Of a stretch of DNA of 64,000 nt, positions 63,330 through 64,000 are shown one piece after another. The number at the start of each line of letters is the position of its first letter. Position 1 is the stretch's first letter. The position numbers and the translations under genes are program-made. Source of the stretch: Podarcis bocagei (lineage: Eukaryota); assembly GCA_964188305.1 (NCBI GenBank), contig OZ076886.1; one strand, written 5' to 3'. The notes beneath the pieces were generated by a model, which was not told the origin of the DNA, did no database searches, and saw only the letters and a program-made list of their open reading frames with translations.

Positions 63330-63375
63330 CAGAAGCTCCTTATACTTTGGCCTTTTGGACTCGTCCTTTGTAAGG
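63330..63375 (-). CDS. MAP2K4: MAP2K4 penultimate coding exon (LTKDESKRPKYKELL)
   Basis: - strand ctttttag|CCTTACAAAGGACGAGTCC...CTTCTG|gtgagt, 46 nt, in phase with the last exon. Confidence 0.95.
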
Positions 63376-64000
63376 CTAAAAAGATCAGTAAGAGGATTAG
63401 GGTGACAGAACATTAGCAGAAAAAACATCTGAAATTAAGTGTTGGGCAGTTAAGACATTGCACACTGTCAGAGTCTGCAATTCTATCGCATGAATGCACC
63501 TATATGTATGATGATGATGATCATTAATGGTCATTTAAGTCACCTATCTGTCCAAAGGCTGTGGCTATCAAACCAACTCATACAGTGATAGTGACCTGCC
63601 TTCTCTTTCACCCAGGGCAACCAGTTAAAGAAATAAATTTTAAAAAGAGGACAGGGCTTCTGTAAGCTGTATAGCAGTGGGAATTTCAGCAGATGAGCCA
63701 TGCAAGACAAGATGCACTATTGAAATTCCTCTTTCTACCAAACTATGCAGGAGCCCTAGACACCGTATTTTCACCTCTGTATTGCCTATTAGGCTCACAG
63801 TATATTGAATGTATTGAGAATCCCAGGACTGTTCTTGGTCTGCAGGTAACCAAGAAAATGCTGCAATATAAGCAGAAGCACTAAGTCTGCAACCTATCAG
63901 TACGTCTCTCACTCCATTGTTTTAAAATTCTGAATGCAGGAAGTACACAGCCTTTCAACAACTTCCTGGCATCAGGGAAGTTTCCTTTTCCTTCTTTCTC

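Overview
Vertebrate genomic DNA, almost certainly a squamate and probably a lacertid lizard, judging by Sauria-type SINEs and squamate MITEs. The window holds the complete myocardin gene (MYOCD, + strand): 13 coding exons from ATG 17731 to TGA 54206, all with GT-AG junctions in phase, giving a 2820-nt CDS and a 939-aa protein (RPEL x3, basic, Q-rich, SAP, leucine zipper, TAD). Facing it on the - strand are the last two coding exons and the 3' UTR of MAP2K4. Also present: a 3'-truncated 7SK retrocopy with a target-site duplication (136-366), many MITEs, SINEs and LINE fragments, and candidate muscle enhancers. Most notable: (1) the myocardin RPEL1-RPEL2 region is MRTF-like and intact rather than degenerate as in mammals, which hints at G-actin regulation; (2) MYOCD and MAP2K4 are tail-to-tail, unlike human; (3) a candidate 6-nt microexon or 145-nt poison exon lies where mammals have exon 10a; (4) there are uORFs in the leader. 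Comparisons with human/mouse sequences are from memory and need alignment. I see no evidence for a wholly novel gene system.
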